Sequence record: NC_048047.1
DNA length: 64,000 nucleotides
Strand: one strand, 5' to 3'
Part shown: one piece after another, positions 52,215 to 61,729 of the stretch
Numbering within the stretch: position 1 is the stretch's first letter
Layout of the letters: the number at the start of each line of letters is the position of its first letter
Program-made: the position numbers and the translations under genes
Notes under the pieces: generated by a model
What the model saw: only the letters and a program-made list of their open reading frames with translations
Database searches by the model: none
Told to the model about the DNA's origin: nothing

Positions 52215-55200
52215 ATGGCCGAATATACGCCCATCCTCCATCTGCCTCAGGTTGCACCCAACCAGGACCAGAAGGAAACCACGATCAACACCGCCCTGGC
52301 CATCCTGGAGGCGGCGTCCAACGACACGCTTGAGGTGTCGTTGACGGCGGGTGACGTCACGCTGAACACTGACGAGTACACCAAGTATTTCCATCACCAG
52401 TTCTACGGGCACACCTCGCTCCGCACGGTTACCTTGCCTGCGACCAAGCGTTGGTTCAGTGTCGAGAACCAGGGCACGGCGACGATTACCTTTCAAATCC
52501 TGGGCTCGTCGGGTCTTTCGGCCGAATTGGCTTCAGGCAAGATCGGTCTGGTGGTTTCCGACGGCACGGACCTGCGCTTTGTCGTCCCCGACCCGACCAG
52601 TGGCTTGGGCCTGCTGACTGATCTCTCCGACGTCGACGGCGGCCAGACCGATGGCCAGCTTCTGCGTTGGTCGAACGCGTTCAGCGCCTGGAAGCCGTGG
52701 ACGTTGGACTTCTCGTTCCTGAACCTGAACGACACGCCCACCACCTATGTCGGTAACGTCGGCAAGCTGGTCGCGGTCAAGGGCGACGGCACGGGCCTGG
52801 AGTTTGTCTCCTCGGCAGCCAATGTCAATTCGTTCGTTGATCTGGACGACACGCCGGGCAGCTACAGCGGGGCGCCCAATCGTACGGTCAAGGTCAACGG
52901 TGCGGCCTCGGCGCTGGTGTTCGACTGGCCCAAGCTGACCGAAGCCTCCGATTTCGTCTCGTCCTACGCCGGCGCGGCCAACAAGTTCCTGCGCGTCAAG
53001 ACCGACATGACGGGCGTGGAACTGCATGCGCCCGTCGTGGCCGACCTGACCGATGGTCCTGGCGCCCCGACGGGCAACGCCTTGAAGTACCTGCGTGTCA
53101 AGGCCGACGGCACGGGCGTCGAATACGCCACGGGCACGGGCGGCCCGGACGACTTCCTCGAACTGCTCGACACCCCTGACAGCTATGCCGGCAAGGGCCT
53201 CTACTTCGTTCGCGTCAAGGCTGATCTGACGGGCCTGGACTTCCTGCGCGCATCCTTCACCGACCTGATCGACGTTCCCAGCAGCTACACCGGCCAGGGC
53301 GGCAAGTATGTGAAGGTCAATGGCGGCGGCACGGGTCTGAGCTTTTCGGCGCCCACGGTCCAGGAACTCGCCAACGGTCCGGGCACCCCGGCGGCTCAGA
53401 ATGGCAAGGTGGTCCGCGTCAAGCTGGACGGCACGGCGCTGGAATACGCCATCCTGCCGATCACCACGCTCTCGGGTTTTCCGTCGAGCTTCAATGGCCA
53501 GGGCGGCAAGTACCTCCAGGTCAAGGGCGACGAAACCGGTGTCCAGTTCGTCACCTCCTCCTACACCACCAATTTTCTGGCCCTGACCGATACGCCTGAC
53601 AGCTATGCGGGACAGGCAGGCAAGGCGATCGTTGTTGATCCGACGGGCTCGGGCCTGATCTTCGCCTCGCCTTCCGGCGGCGCCTCCAAGCTTGATGACC
53701 TCGACGATGTGGAGTTCCCTACGGGTACGCCGGCCGATGGCATGGTCCTGACCTTCCGGGGCGGCATGTGGTCGCCGGAAGTGTCGGCCGGTGGCTCCGA
53801 CGGCACCTTGGCGAGCTTGACCGATGTTGACCTGACCTCGCCGACCGACGGACAGACGCTGGTCTATCGCGGTGGCGACTGGGTCAACGAAGACACGGCC
53901 GGCATGGGCGTGCCTTCGTTTGGTGAGCACACCTACTGGCGCCTCCTGCTGCACACCACCGACGGCTCGACCGCGCAGTACGGCATCCAGGAAATCCAGT
54001 TCAAGCACACCAAGACTGGCCCGGACATGGCCAACGGCGGCACCGCCTCGGCCAGCAGCGATGAGTTCGGCACCGTCAGCGGCGCCTTCGACAACGTGAT
54101 CAGCGGGGCGTGGTTCTCGGCAACGGCCGCCAACGGCGAGTGGATCAAGTACCAGTTCACCACCCCTGTCGACGTCCGTTACATGACGATCCAGGGCTCG
54201 CAGTCCCAGCCCAACACCTCGCCGGCCTCGTTCTCCGTCCAGTTCAGTGATGATGATTCGGCCTGGACGACGGCCTGGGAAGTGACCGGCCAGACTGGGT
54301 GGGCTCCGGGCCAGACGCGCGAATTCCACGCTCCGGTCGACTTCAACTTCACCGATTTGGCCGACGTGCCTCAGTCCTATATCGGGCAAGGCTTGAAGGC
54401 GCTGCGTGTCAACACCGCCGGCACGGCCCTTGAGTTCTTCACCCTGCCCTTCGTCCCGACGCAGATCGGCGATCTGGCCGATGTCGAGATGGGCACGGGC
54501 ACGCCGGCCGAAGGCTCGGTCCTGACCTGGAAGGATGGCGTCTGGCAGGCCGAACCCTCCTCGGGTGGCTCGGGCGGCGGGGCAAGTTCGTTCCTGGGCC
54601 TCAACGATACGCCAAACAGCTACGAGGGCCAAGGCGGCAACGCCGTGCGGGTCAAGGTCAACGAGAGCGGCCTGGAATTCTACACCCCCACCGGCGGTGG
54701 CGGAGGCGGAAGCTATCGCGGCATTTGGGCGTCCGGTGGCGAACAGGTGATCATCGACTTCGAGGACAGCGACCTCGGAGATGAACTGACCTACGACGCG
54801 TCAGGCTACACCGTCGTGAGCCAACCCGACGGTACGGCCGGCACGACGAAGGCTCTGAAGTTCCGCCCCATCCCCGGCAGCGGCCTCTGCTACGCCGAAC
54901 TCTCCGCCGCCTTCCTGAATGTTCAGCCTGTGAAGGTCCGCTACAAGGTCTCGTCCGAGGGCGGCTTTGACTTCTTCAGGATCATCCTGGACGGCACCAC
55001 GCAGATTCTGATCGATTCGGGAGCGACCGGACTCTATGAGGAGTTCACCTATCCTCTGGTGGGCAACCACACTCTCCGTTTCCAATATAGCAAGGACGGT
55101 GGGGGAACGGCCGGTGACGACACCGTCTACATTTCCCAGATCACTTACTACACCACCCAGTCCAATCCTTACCTCTATGGCGACACGGTCTCCTACCAGG

Positions 55201-57065
55201 ATCGGATGTGGTTTTGCCGCGTGCCCAATACCACCCAGGAGCCGGGCGCGGGAGACGAATGGATCGAGTGGAAGGAAGCCCTGAGCGACCTGAGCGACGT
55301 TGACCTGACGTCGACGCCAGCGGACGGGCAGGCGCTGGTCTATGACGTCGTCTCGGGCAAGTTCAAGCCGGGTACGGTGAGTGGCGGAGGCGGGGGCGGC
55401 AGCTACAACGCCGGCATTGGTCCGCGCACCCGCGTTCGCCGCGCGGCGACTCAGTCGGTCGCTACCGCGACCTGGACGGCAGTCCAGTGGGATACCGAAT
55501 CCGAGGACGCCGTCGGCGCTTTCGCCAGCGGCGCCAGCACCCGTATCACTGTACCGGCGGGCGTCAGCGCCGCGCGCGCGACGGGCTATGTTAACTGGAA
55601 CGCCAGCGTGTCAGCCGCCCTCATCGGCGCGGCCCTGCGCCGCAACGGCGTGGAAATCGGTTCGACCGGCGGCTCCAGCATCGTGGCCTCGCGCGAGGGC
55701 CTCAACCAGTCGCCGCTCAATTTCACGACTGAGTGGTTCCCTGTCACGGCCGGCGATTATTACGAACTCTTCGTCCTGCAAAACAGTGGGGCTAACGCCA
55801 ACCTGAACGGCCCTGTCACGGCCTTTGGCGAAGGCACCTACCTCCAGTTTGAGTGGGACGACGGCACCTCGCCTGGGGACGCCGAAGCTGGTGATTTCCA
55901 CGCGCCACACCAAGGCTGGCGCATCCTGGTGACGGCCAGCCAGACCGACACCTACGCCACGATCTCGGAACTGAAATTCTACAACCGCAGTGGGACACAG
56001 ATCGCCACCACGGGCGGCAAGGTCGTCGACACCAATTCGCACGCGACCTATCCGGCGTCGCAGGCCTTCGACGGCAACACCAGCACCTATTGGTCGTCGA
56101 TCCAGCAGACCTCGACGGGGCTCTTTGGCGGGCCGGGGTACCTCTTCGCGACCGCCGTCGATGTCGGATCGATCAAGATCACTTCGACGGGCACGGACTT
56201 CAACACCACCAATTCGCCCAAGACCTTCGTCGTCCAGTACACCGATGATGGCGGCGCCTCGTGGACCACCTATGCCACCTACAGCGGACAGACCGCCTGG
56301 GGCGACAAGGAAGAACGCACCTTCGTCCTGCCGCTCGCGGGCGTCGCCCGCGTAGGCGGCGCGCGCACCTTGGACGAACTTCAAGATGTCGCGATCGTGG
56401 GCACGCCCAAGCATGGGGACATCCTGCGCTATGACGGCGCAAGCCAGACTTGGAACCGCAAGACCCCGTGGGGGTATGCTCCGCCCAAAGCGGCGGATTT
56501 TCCGACCCTCCTGGGCACGGTTTCGCTCACCCTGGCCGATGATGACGACGTCGGACTGATGGTGGACTGCGGTCAGAGCACGTTCGGGGATATCCAACGC
56601 ATCGCCGTCAAGGCCCTGCCCGGAGGCGGGGTCGACTGGACGGTGACGGCTAAGATCGTCGATCATCTGTTGCCGTACAACTACAACGGCGTCGGCCTCA
56701 TCATGCGGGAATCCTCGACGGGCAAGATTGCCATGTTCGGGGTGGAAAACACTACGAACGTCAGCACCTCGCAATCCTTGCGCAAGCTGCGCTATAGCCG
56801 GCTGCCGGGATTGTCGGGGTTCACGTCCAATCCCTATTCGGACTTCTCGCCGTCTGGGGCTCAGTGGTACCGTCTCAAGAACACCGGTGGTCTTCTGACG
56901 GCCTGGGTTTCGACCGATGGAAAGATGTGGCGCCAAATCTATCTGGAATCCAGTGGCGGTTCTTTCACCTCGGGGCCGGACCAGATTGGGATCGGCTGCT
57001 CGCTGAACGCCAGCTACTCCCTCAATCCCACCTTCTCGGTCCCGTACTGGGCTCAGAGTTTCTAA
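52215..57065 (+). CDS. Long tail fibre (1616 aa) with a repeat shaft and carbohydrate-binding-type domains
   Basis: DUF2793-like N-terminus; repeated L.D.P.SY.G...K..V...GTGLEF units; two discoidin/F5-8-like modules (YWRL...I.EI.F; approx. 53925-54330 and 55910-56330); ConA-like C-terminus. Confidence 0.9.
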   Translation: MAEYTPILHLPQVAPNQDQKETTINTALAILEAASNDTLEVSLTAGDVTLNTDEYTKYFHHQFYGHTSLRTVTLPATKRWFSVENQGTATITFQILGSSGLSAELASGKIGLVVSDGTDLRFVVPDPTSGLGLLTDLSDVDGGQTDGQLLRWSNAFSAWKPWTLDFSFLNLNDTPTTYVGNVGKLVAVKGDGTGLEFVSSAANVNSFVDLDDTPGSYSGAPNRTVKVNGAASALVFDWPKLTEASDFVSSYAGAANKFLRVKTDMTGVELHAPVVADLTDGPGAPTGNALKYLRVKADGTGVEYATGTGGPDDFLELLDTPDSYAGKGLYFVRVKADLTGLDFLRASFTDLIDVPSSYTGQGGKYVKVNGGGTGLSFSAPTVQELANGPGTPAAQNGKVVRVKLDGTALEYAILPITTLSGFPSSFNGQGGKYLQVKGDETGVQFVTSSYTTNFLALTDTPDSYAGQAGKAIVVDPTGSGLIFASPSGGASKLDDLDDVEFPTGTPADGMVLTFRGGMWSPEVSAGGSDGTLASLTDVDLTSPTDGQTLVYRGGDWVNEDTAGMGVPSFGEHTYWRLLLHTTDGSTAQYGIQEIQFKHTKTGPDMANGGTASASSDEFGTVSGAFDNVISGAWFSATAANGEWIKYQFTTPVDVRYMTIQGSQSQPNTSPASFSVQFSDDDSAWTTAWEVTGQTGWAPGQTREFHAPVDFNFTDLADVPQSYIGQGLKALRVNTAGTALEFFTLPFVPTQIGDLADVEMGTGTPAEGSVLTWKDGVWQAEPSSGGSGGGASSFLGLNDTPNSYEGQGGNAVRVKVNESGLEFYTPTGGGGGGSYRGIWASGGEQVIIDFEDSDLGDELTYDASGYTVVSQPDGTAGTTKALKFRPIPGSGLCYAELSAAFLNVQPVKVRYKVSSEGGFDFFRIILDGTTQILIDSGATGLYEEFTYPLVGNHTLRFQYSKDGGGTAGDDTVYISQITYYTTQSNPYLYGDTVSYQDRMWFCRVPNTTQEPGAGDEWIEWKEALSDLSDVDLTSTPADGQALVYDVVSGKFKPGTVSGGGGGGSYNAGIGPRTRVRRAATQSVATATWTAVQWDTESEDAVGAFASGASTRITVPAGVSAARATGYVNWNASVSAALIGAALRRNGVEIGSTGGSSIVASREGLNQSPLNFTTEWFPVTAGDYYELFVLQNSGANANLNGPVTAFGEGTYLQFEWDDGTSPGDAEAGDFHAPHQGWRILVTASQTDTYATISELKFYNRSGTQIATTGGKVVDTNSHATYPASQAFDGNTSTYWSSIQQTSTGLFGGPGYLFATAVDVGSIKITSTGTDFNTTNSPKTFVVQYTDDGGASWTTYATYSGQTAWGDKEERTFVLPLAGVARVGGARTLDELQDVAIVGTPKHGDILRYDGASQTWNRKTPWGYAPPKAADFPTLLGTVSLTLADDDDVGLMVDCGQSTFGDIQRIAVKALPGGGVDWTVTAKIVDHLLPYNYNGVGLIMRESSTGKIAMFGVENTTNVSTSQSLRKLRYSRLPGLSGFTSNPYSDFSPSGAQWYRLKNTGGLLTAWVSTDGKMWRQIYLESSGGSFTSGPDQIGIGCSLNASYSLNPTFSVPYWAQSF

Positions 57066-57084
57066 ACCTCTTCGAGTAGTAATA

Positions 57085-57732
57085 ATGCGTCATTACTGGA
57101 AGGTCCCCCGACTTTGGGTTGGGGAGACCGCTGTGCTCATTGGTGGCGGCCCGACTGTCCGCGACGTTGATCTTTCGAAGATTGAAGGCCGAGCCCGCGT
57201 CATCACCTTGAACAATTCATGGGAATTGGCGCCGTTCAACGATATCCACTTCTTCGCCGACACCCGCTGGTGGCGCTGGCATGGACAGAAGTTTCCCGCC
57301 GACTATCCGGCCAGGATTGTCACCGTGTCCAAGGGCGACCTAGGCCCTGGAGGCGAGCGCGTTTTCCGCATGCGGAAGGAACACGCCGGCGGGCTCTGCA
57401 CGGACCCGCAAGGCGTCTACGGCCGTGACAGCGGCATGATGGCCATGAACCTCGCCTTCAACCTGGGTGTCAGCCGTATCGTGCTGATCGGCTACGACAT
57501 GCGCTTCACGGCCGGCGAAGGCCATTGGCACGAAGATCATCCGATCGAGGCCAAGGAAAGCTACTACACCGACGAGTTCGCGCCGGAATATCCGCCCGTC
57601 GTCGCCCAGATCGAAGCGGCCGGCGTCGAGGTCCTTCGGATCACGCCTTCGGCCCTTGACTTCATCCCCCAGGTCACGTTGGAAGATGCGCTAAGCCGCC
57701 CACCGCGCCATCGAAACGACATCTATGTCTAG
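57085..57732 (+). CDS. Maf/DUF115-like (sialyltransferase-fold) putative glycosyltransferase
   Basis: LIGGGPT, ITLNNS, DSG..A.NLA..LG..RI.LIGYD. Confidence 0.65.
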   Translation: MRHYWKVPRLWVGETAVLIGGGPTVRDVDLSKIEGRARVITLNNSWELAPFNDIHFFADTRWWRWHGQKFPADYPARIVTVSKGDLGPGGERVFRMRKEHAGGLCTDPQGVYGRDSGMMAMNLAFNLGVSRIVLIGYDMRFTAGEGHWHEDHPIEAKESYYTDEFAPEYPPVVAQIEAAGVEVLRITPSALDFIPQVTLEDALSRPPRHRNDIYV

Positions 57733-58549
57733 GGCCTATGTCGACCTGAAGGACAATCCGCACTATCGGATGTCCAGCTTCATTAACGGCTTGGCGCGCT
57801 TGGGCTACACGGTACGGCGCGGCCTGCCGGATCATCCAGTCGAACCCGGCGATGTCGCCCTGATCTGGAACCGGCTGGGCCGTTCGGTCCAGGCCGAGAA
57901 GATGGTCAAGGCCGGCGGCGGCGCCTTGATCGTCGCCGAGAACGGCTACCACGGGCAAGACGCCGACGGCAATCAGGCCTACGCTCTGGCGCTCGACGGG
58001 CATAACGGCTCGGGACGCTGGTTCGTCGGAGACCAGAGCCGCCTGGACGCCTTGAAGATCGACTTCAAGCCCTGGCGAACCCAGCTTAGCGGGCGGTTCT
58101 TGGTCGCGGACCAGCGCGGCATCGGTTCACCGATCATGCGATCGCCCGCCATGTTCGCCGAACGCATGACCGCCCTCGTTGAAGCCCAGGGCAAGAAGGC
58201 CTATGTCCGGCCCCATCCCGGCCGAAACAAGCCCATCCGCAGCTTGATGCAGGACCTGGAGGACAAGGAGGGCCTGATCGTTTGGTCCTCCAACGCGGCC
58301 ACCGAGGCGCTGATCGCTGGTGTGCCTGTGCATTACGCGGCGCCAGCAATCGTGACACGAGGCGCGGCCAAGCGCTTGACAACTCCTTTCTTGTGGAATA
58401 GCGATGTCGATGCCCGCCCGGACGCTTTCAAGCGACTGGCCTGGGCGCAGTGGTTCCTCCACGAGATCGCCTCTGGCGAGGCCTTGAGGACCCTGCTCGA
58501 CGTCCATCAGGGGAAACTCCCCGCCGTGCAGGAAGGGTTTGGCATTTGA
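57725..58549 (+). CDS. KpsC/KpsS-like GT-B putative glycosyltransferase
   Basis: YVRPHPG...VWSSNAATEALIAGVPV...LAWAQW...EIASG. Confidence 0.7.
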   Translation: MSRAYVDLKDNPHYRMSSFINGLARLGYTVRRGLPDHPVEPGDVALIWNRLGRSVQAEKMVKAGGGALIVAENGYHGQDADGNQAYALALDGHNGSGRWFVGDQSRLDALKIDFKPWRTQLSGRFLVADQRGIGSPIMRSPAMFAERMTALVEAQGKKAYVRPHPGRNKPIRSLMQDLEDKEGLIVWSSNAATEALIAGVPVHYAAPAIVTRGAAKRLTTPFLWNSDVDARPDAFKRLAWAQWFLHEIASGEALRTLLDVHQGKLPAVQEGFGI

Positions 58550-59406
58550 GCAATCACGGGGTCTTCAAGCCGCCGTTTGTGGTGATCCAGCGCGGCAAGG
58601 AGAAATCCGAGATGCTCGCCAAGGCCGTCGTCAAAGGCTTTGGCCTGGACGTGGGCCGCATCGGCTATGAAACGCCCCTCGCCGACATCCCTGACACGTT
58701 CATGCCGGTTTATGTCGGCGTCCATCCAACGACCGTTCAGTCCTTGCGCGACTGCCATGCCGCCCGCCGCCCGTTCGTCACCGTCGATAACGGTTACTTC
58801 CGAGGCTACAAGCGCGGCGGCTACTTCCGCCTGACGACCAACGCCATGCAGTGGGCGCAGCGTAGCCACGAGGCCACCGCCGAGGATATCGCGCGCTTTC
58901 AGGCGCTGGACATGCCCGTTCAGCCGCTTCGGCTGAGCCAGGGCGAGCATATCCTGATCGCCTGCCAATCGCCGGCGTGGTACCAGATGATGGGCCTGGG
59001 CAGCGTCGAGGCCTGGGTCAATCCGCTGGTCGATCGGCTGCGCCTGATCACTGACCGGCCCATCCGCGTGCGTCAAAAGCCGCTCAAGGGCGTCAAGGAG
59101 CCTCCGATCGAGGAGGACTTGAACAAGGCCTGGGCCGTCGTGGCCTTCTCGTCCAACACTCTGATCGAGGCGTCCTTGATGGGCATCCCGATCTTCCCGA
59201 TGGCGTTCAGCGCTGCCACGCCCTTGGGTAGCGACGACCTCTCGACCATCGAGAGCGCGCCGTTCCGCAACCAGCGTACCGTCATCCGTCCCGAGGTGTT
59301 CGCCCAACTGGCCGGCGCCCAGTGGACGGTCCCTGAAATCGAATCGGGCAAGGCATGGCTGGACCTCAGCCGCCGGTACGACCCCGATTTCAAACCCCTG
59401 GCCTAA
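58546..59406 (+). CDS. Second KpsC/KpsS-like GT-B putative glycosyltransferase
   Basis: TTGA overlap start; IRVRQKP...VVAFSSNTLIEASLMGIP...LAGAQWT..EIESG. Confidence 0.7.
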   Translation: MSNHGVFKPPFVVIQRGKEKSEMLAKAVVKGFGLDVGRIGYETPLADIPDTFMPVYVGVHPTTVQSLRDCHAARRPFVTVDNGYFRGYKRGGYFRLTTNAMQWAQRSHEATAEDIARFQALDMPVQPLRLSQGEHILIACQSPAWYQMMGLGSVEAWVNPLVDRLRLITDRPIRVRQKPLKGVKEPPIEEDLNKAWAVVAFSSNTLIEASLMGIPIFPMAFSAATPLGSDDLSTIESAPFRNQRTVIRPEVFAQLAGAQWTVPEIESGKAWLDLSRRYDPDFKPLA

Positions 59407-59415
59407 GGAGCCCAC

Positions 59416-60234
59416 ATGCCCTTCCATGTCTTCGTGGGCTACGATAGCCGCGAACAAGCCGCCTATGACGTCTGCGTGAGCAGCCTGACCGAGCACAACG
59501 TCGGCGATGATCGCGACGTCGTCGTTCATAAGCTGGAGCACCGCGACCTGCGTCGGCGCGGCCTCTTCGATCGTCCTTGGCGGATCGATGAGAAGGGCCA
59601 GTATTGGGACGTCCGCGACACGCGGCCGTTCTCCACCGAATTCAGTCACAGCCGTTTCCTGGTGCCGTCAATCGCGCGGAACATGGGCATCAAGGCGCCG
59701 GTCATGTTCGTCGACTGCGACTTCCTGTTCCTGGAGCCGGTGCAGAGCCTGTTCGATCAGGTTCTGGCCACCGTGCCCAAGAAGGACGGGAGTCACCCAC
59801 TCTGGGTCGTCAAGCACCAGTTCAGCAAGGCCGATGAAGGCGTCAAGATGGACGGCATGGTCCAGCAGGCCTACTTCCGTAAGCTATGGTCCAGCCTGAT
59901 GATCTACGATTTGAGATTCTCCAATCGCTACGGTTGGTTCCCCACCCAGAGCGACGCCAATCACATGTCGGGCAGCGCGCTCCACAGCTTCGGCCACTCG
60001 ACAGCGCAGCCCCTTGACGAGGACCTGATTGGCGCCCTCGACATGGGCTGGAACTGGATTCCGGGCCACTCCGAACCCCTTGACAAGCCCCAGGCCGTCC
60101 ATTGGTCGCTCGGCGGCCCGTGGATGGAGGGCTATGAGGACGTGGCCTACGCCACCGCATGGCGCCAGTATCACCGCGCCGCCCTCCTACAGCAAACGGG
60201 CCTCTTGCCCCGCACCCAGATCAAGGCCGCCTGA
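59416..60234 (+). CDS. GT-A (GT8-like) glycosyltransferase
   Basis: VFVGYDSRE, STEFSHSRFLVP, DCD (DxD motif), RKLWSS.M and HWSLGGPW. Confidence 0.8.
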   Translation: MPFHVFVGYDSREQAAYDVCVSSLTEHNVGDDRDVVVHKLEHRDLRRRGLFDRPWRIDEKGQYWDVRDTRPFSTEFSHSRFLVPSIARNMGIKAPVMFVDCDFLFLEPVQSLFDQVLATVPKKDGSHPLWVVKHQFSKADEGVKMDGMVQQAYFRKLWSSLMIYDLRFSNRYGWFPTQSDANHMSGSALHSFGHSTAQPLDEDLIGALDMGWNWIPGHSEPLDKPQAVHWSLGGPWMEGYEDVAYATAWRQYHRAALLQQTGLLPRTQIKAA

Positions 60235-60761
60235 TGTCCGACACGATCTCCGAAGCCTACCGCTCGCTCAACGCGGCCCTGCACGGCGAAAATCCTTCCT
60301 ATGGCGCCAACGGCTGGCAATGGATCGGCCCGGTCCTGCATTTCGCCCAGGCCCACGACGCCCGCTCGATCCTAGACTACGGCTGTGGCAAGGACAGCTT
60401 CGCGCGCTGGGCGCCGCAGACCGCGCCCAACATCCGCTACGAGAGCTACGACCCGGCCATTCCCGAGCACGCCGCGCCGCCGCCGATCTGCGATTTCGTC
60501 GCGTGCCTGGACGTGCTGGAGCACATCGAGCCGGACCATCTCGACGCGGTCCTGGCCGACATCCGCGATCACATGCGTCTGGGTGGATTCTTCGTGATCT
60601 GCCTGCGCGCGGCCAAGAAGGAGCTTCCCGATGGTCGCAATGCCCATCTGATCATCGAGAGCGATGGCTGGTGGATCGACCGTCTGAAGACCATCTTCGG
60701 TGCCGTCCACAAGATCAAGGGCCTGTCCAAGGACAGCCTCGTCGTCCACGTGGAGCGCTGA
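60234..60761 (+). CDS. Class I SAM-dependent methyltransferase
   Basis: ILDYGCGK, YDP and DVLEHIEP; TGATG coupling. Confidence 0.85.
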   Translation: MSDTISEAYRSLNAALHGENPSYGANGWQWIGPVLHFAQAHDARSILDYGCGKDSFARWAPQTAPNIRYESYDPAIPEHAAPPPICDFVACLDVLEHIEPDHLDAVLADIRDHMRLGGFFVICLRAAKKELPDGRNAHLIIESDGWWIDRLKTIFGAVHKIKGLSKDSLVVHVER

Positions 60762-60764
60762 TCC

Positions 60765-61622
60765 ATGGGCATCGGCGACAAGATGATGGCGATCGGTGAC
60801 GCCTGGAAATTACACCAGGAAGACCCGCTCAAGCGCAAGGTCGCGATCGGCGATGGCCAGATCGTCGACCCGACCGACAACGACCTGCTCTGGGGCCTGG
60901 ACTTCGTGGCGCGCGCCGGTCAGACCAACAAGGACACGCCCTGGGTGATCAGTCACCCCGGTACACGTCCCTATATCGACTACCGCGCCATGCGCCGAGA
61001 ACTGATCCGCCAGGGACGCCGGCCCTTCAAGCACAAGAAGCTGGCGGCCATGCTGGGCAAGTTCATCTGGAACATGGACTATCGCCCGACGCCGGCGCCC
61101 ATCCGACTGACGACCGACGAGGAGATGATCGTCGCCCGTTGGGCCAAGGAGCCCTTCGTGGCGATCGAGCCCTATATCAAGGCCTCCGCGCCAGTCGCCA
61201 AGCAGTGGCCGATCGAGTACATGACCGAGACGGTCAAGCGCCTGCGTAAGGAGGGGATCAAGGTCGTCCAGATCAGCGCCGGCGGTCAGCCGATCATCCC
61301 CGGCGCGGTGATGGCCGCTACACGGTCCTATCGCGAGGCCCTGGCCGTCCTCAAGGCCGCCAGCCTCTATGTTGGCCCCGAAGGCGGACTCCACCACGGC
61401 TCGGCCGCCATGGGCACCAAGGCCGTCGTCATGTTCGGCGGCTACATCAGCCCGCTGACCACCGGCTATGACTTCCACGTCAATCTGACGGGCGGTGCCT
61501 ATGAACCTTGTGGTCACCGCGACGGGGTCTGTCCGCACTGCGTCGAGGCCATGGCGCAGATCACGCCCGATCTCGTGATCGACCATTCGCTGCGGCTGCT
61601 GCGCGAGACCGTGACGGCCTGA
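60765..61622 (+). CDS. GT9 (heptosyltransferase-like) glycosyltransferase
   Basis: GIGD at the N-terminus; LYVGPEGGLHHGSAAMGTKAVVMFG. Confidence 0.8.
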   Translation: MGIGDKMMAIGDAWKLHQEDPLKRKVAIGDGQIVDPTDNDLLWGLDFVARAGQTNKDTPWVISHPGTRPYIDYRAMRRELIRQGRRPFKHKKLAAMLGKFIWNMDYRPTPAPIRLTTDEEMIVARWAKEPFVAIEPYIKASAPVAKQWPIEYMTETVKRLRKEGIKVVQISAGGQPIIPGAVMAATRSYREALAVLKAASLYVGPEGGLHHGSAAMGTKAVVMFGGYISPLTTGYDFHVNLTGGAYEPCGHRDGVCPHCVEAMAQITPDLVIDHSLRLLRETVTA

Positions 61623-61627
61623 AAACA

Positions 61628-61661
61628 GAGGCTTGACGGATCGTCAAGCCTCTGTTACATG
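61628..61661 (+). promoter_or_regulatory. Lysis-cassette promoter with a palindrome over the -35 box
   Basis: GAGGCTTGAC-ggatc-GTCAAGCCTC; TTGACG-17 nt-TACATG. Confidence 0.55.
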
Positions 61662-61729
61662 CTATGATTCTTGACACGAGACGTTAACCATGACACGAAA
61701 GGGGACTTCTCCCCTTTCGTGAGCATCTC

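Noticed and set aside
31963-56936. Long minus-strand ORFs over the tail module (e.g. 31963..33963, 36619..41250, 41984..43582, 48738..51059, 52533..54632)
   Set aside because: Same shadow-ORF artefact opposite well-supported structural genes.
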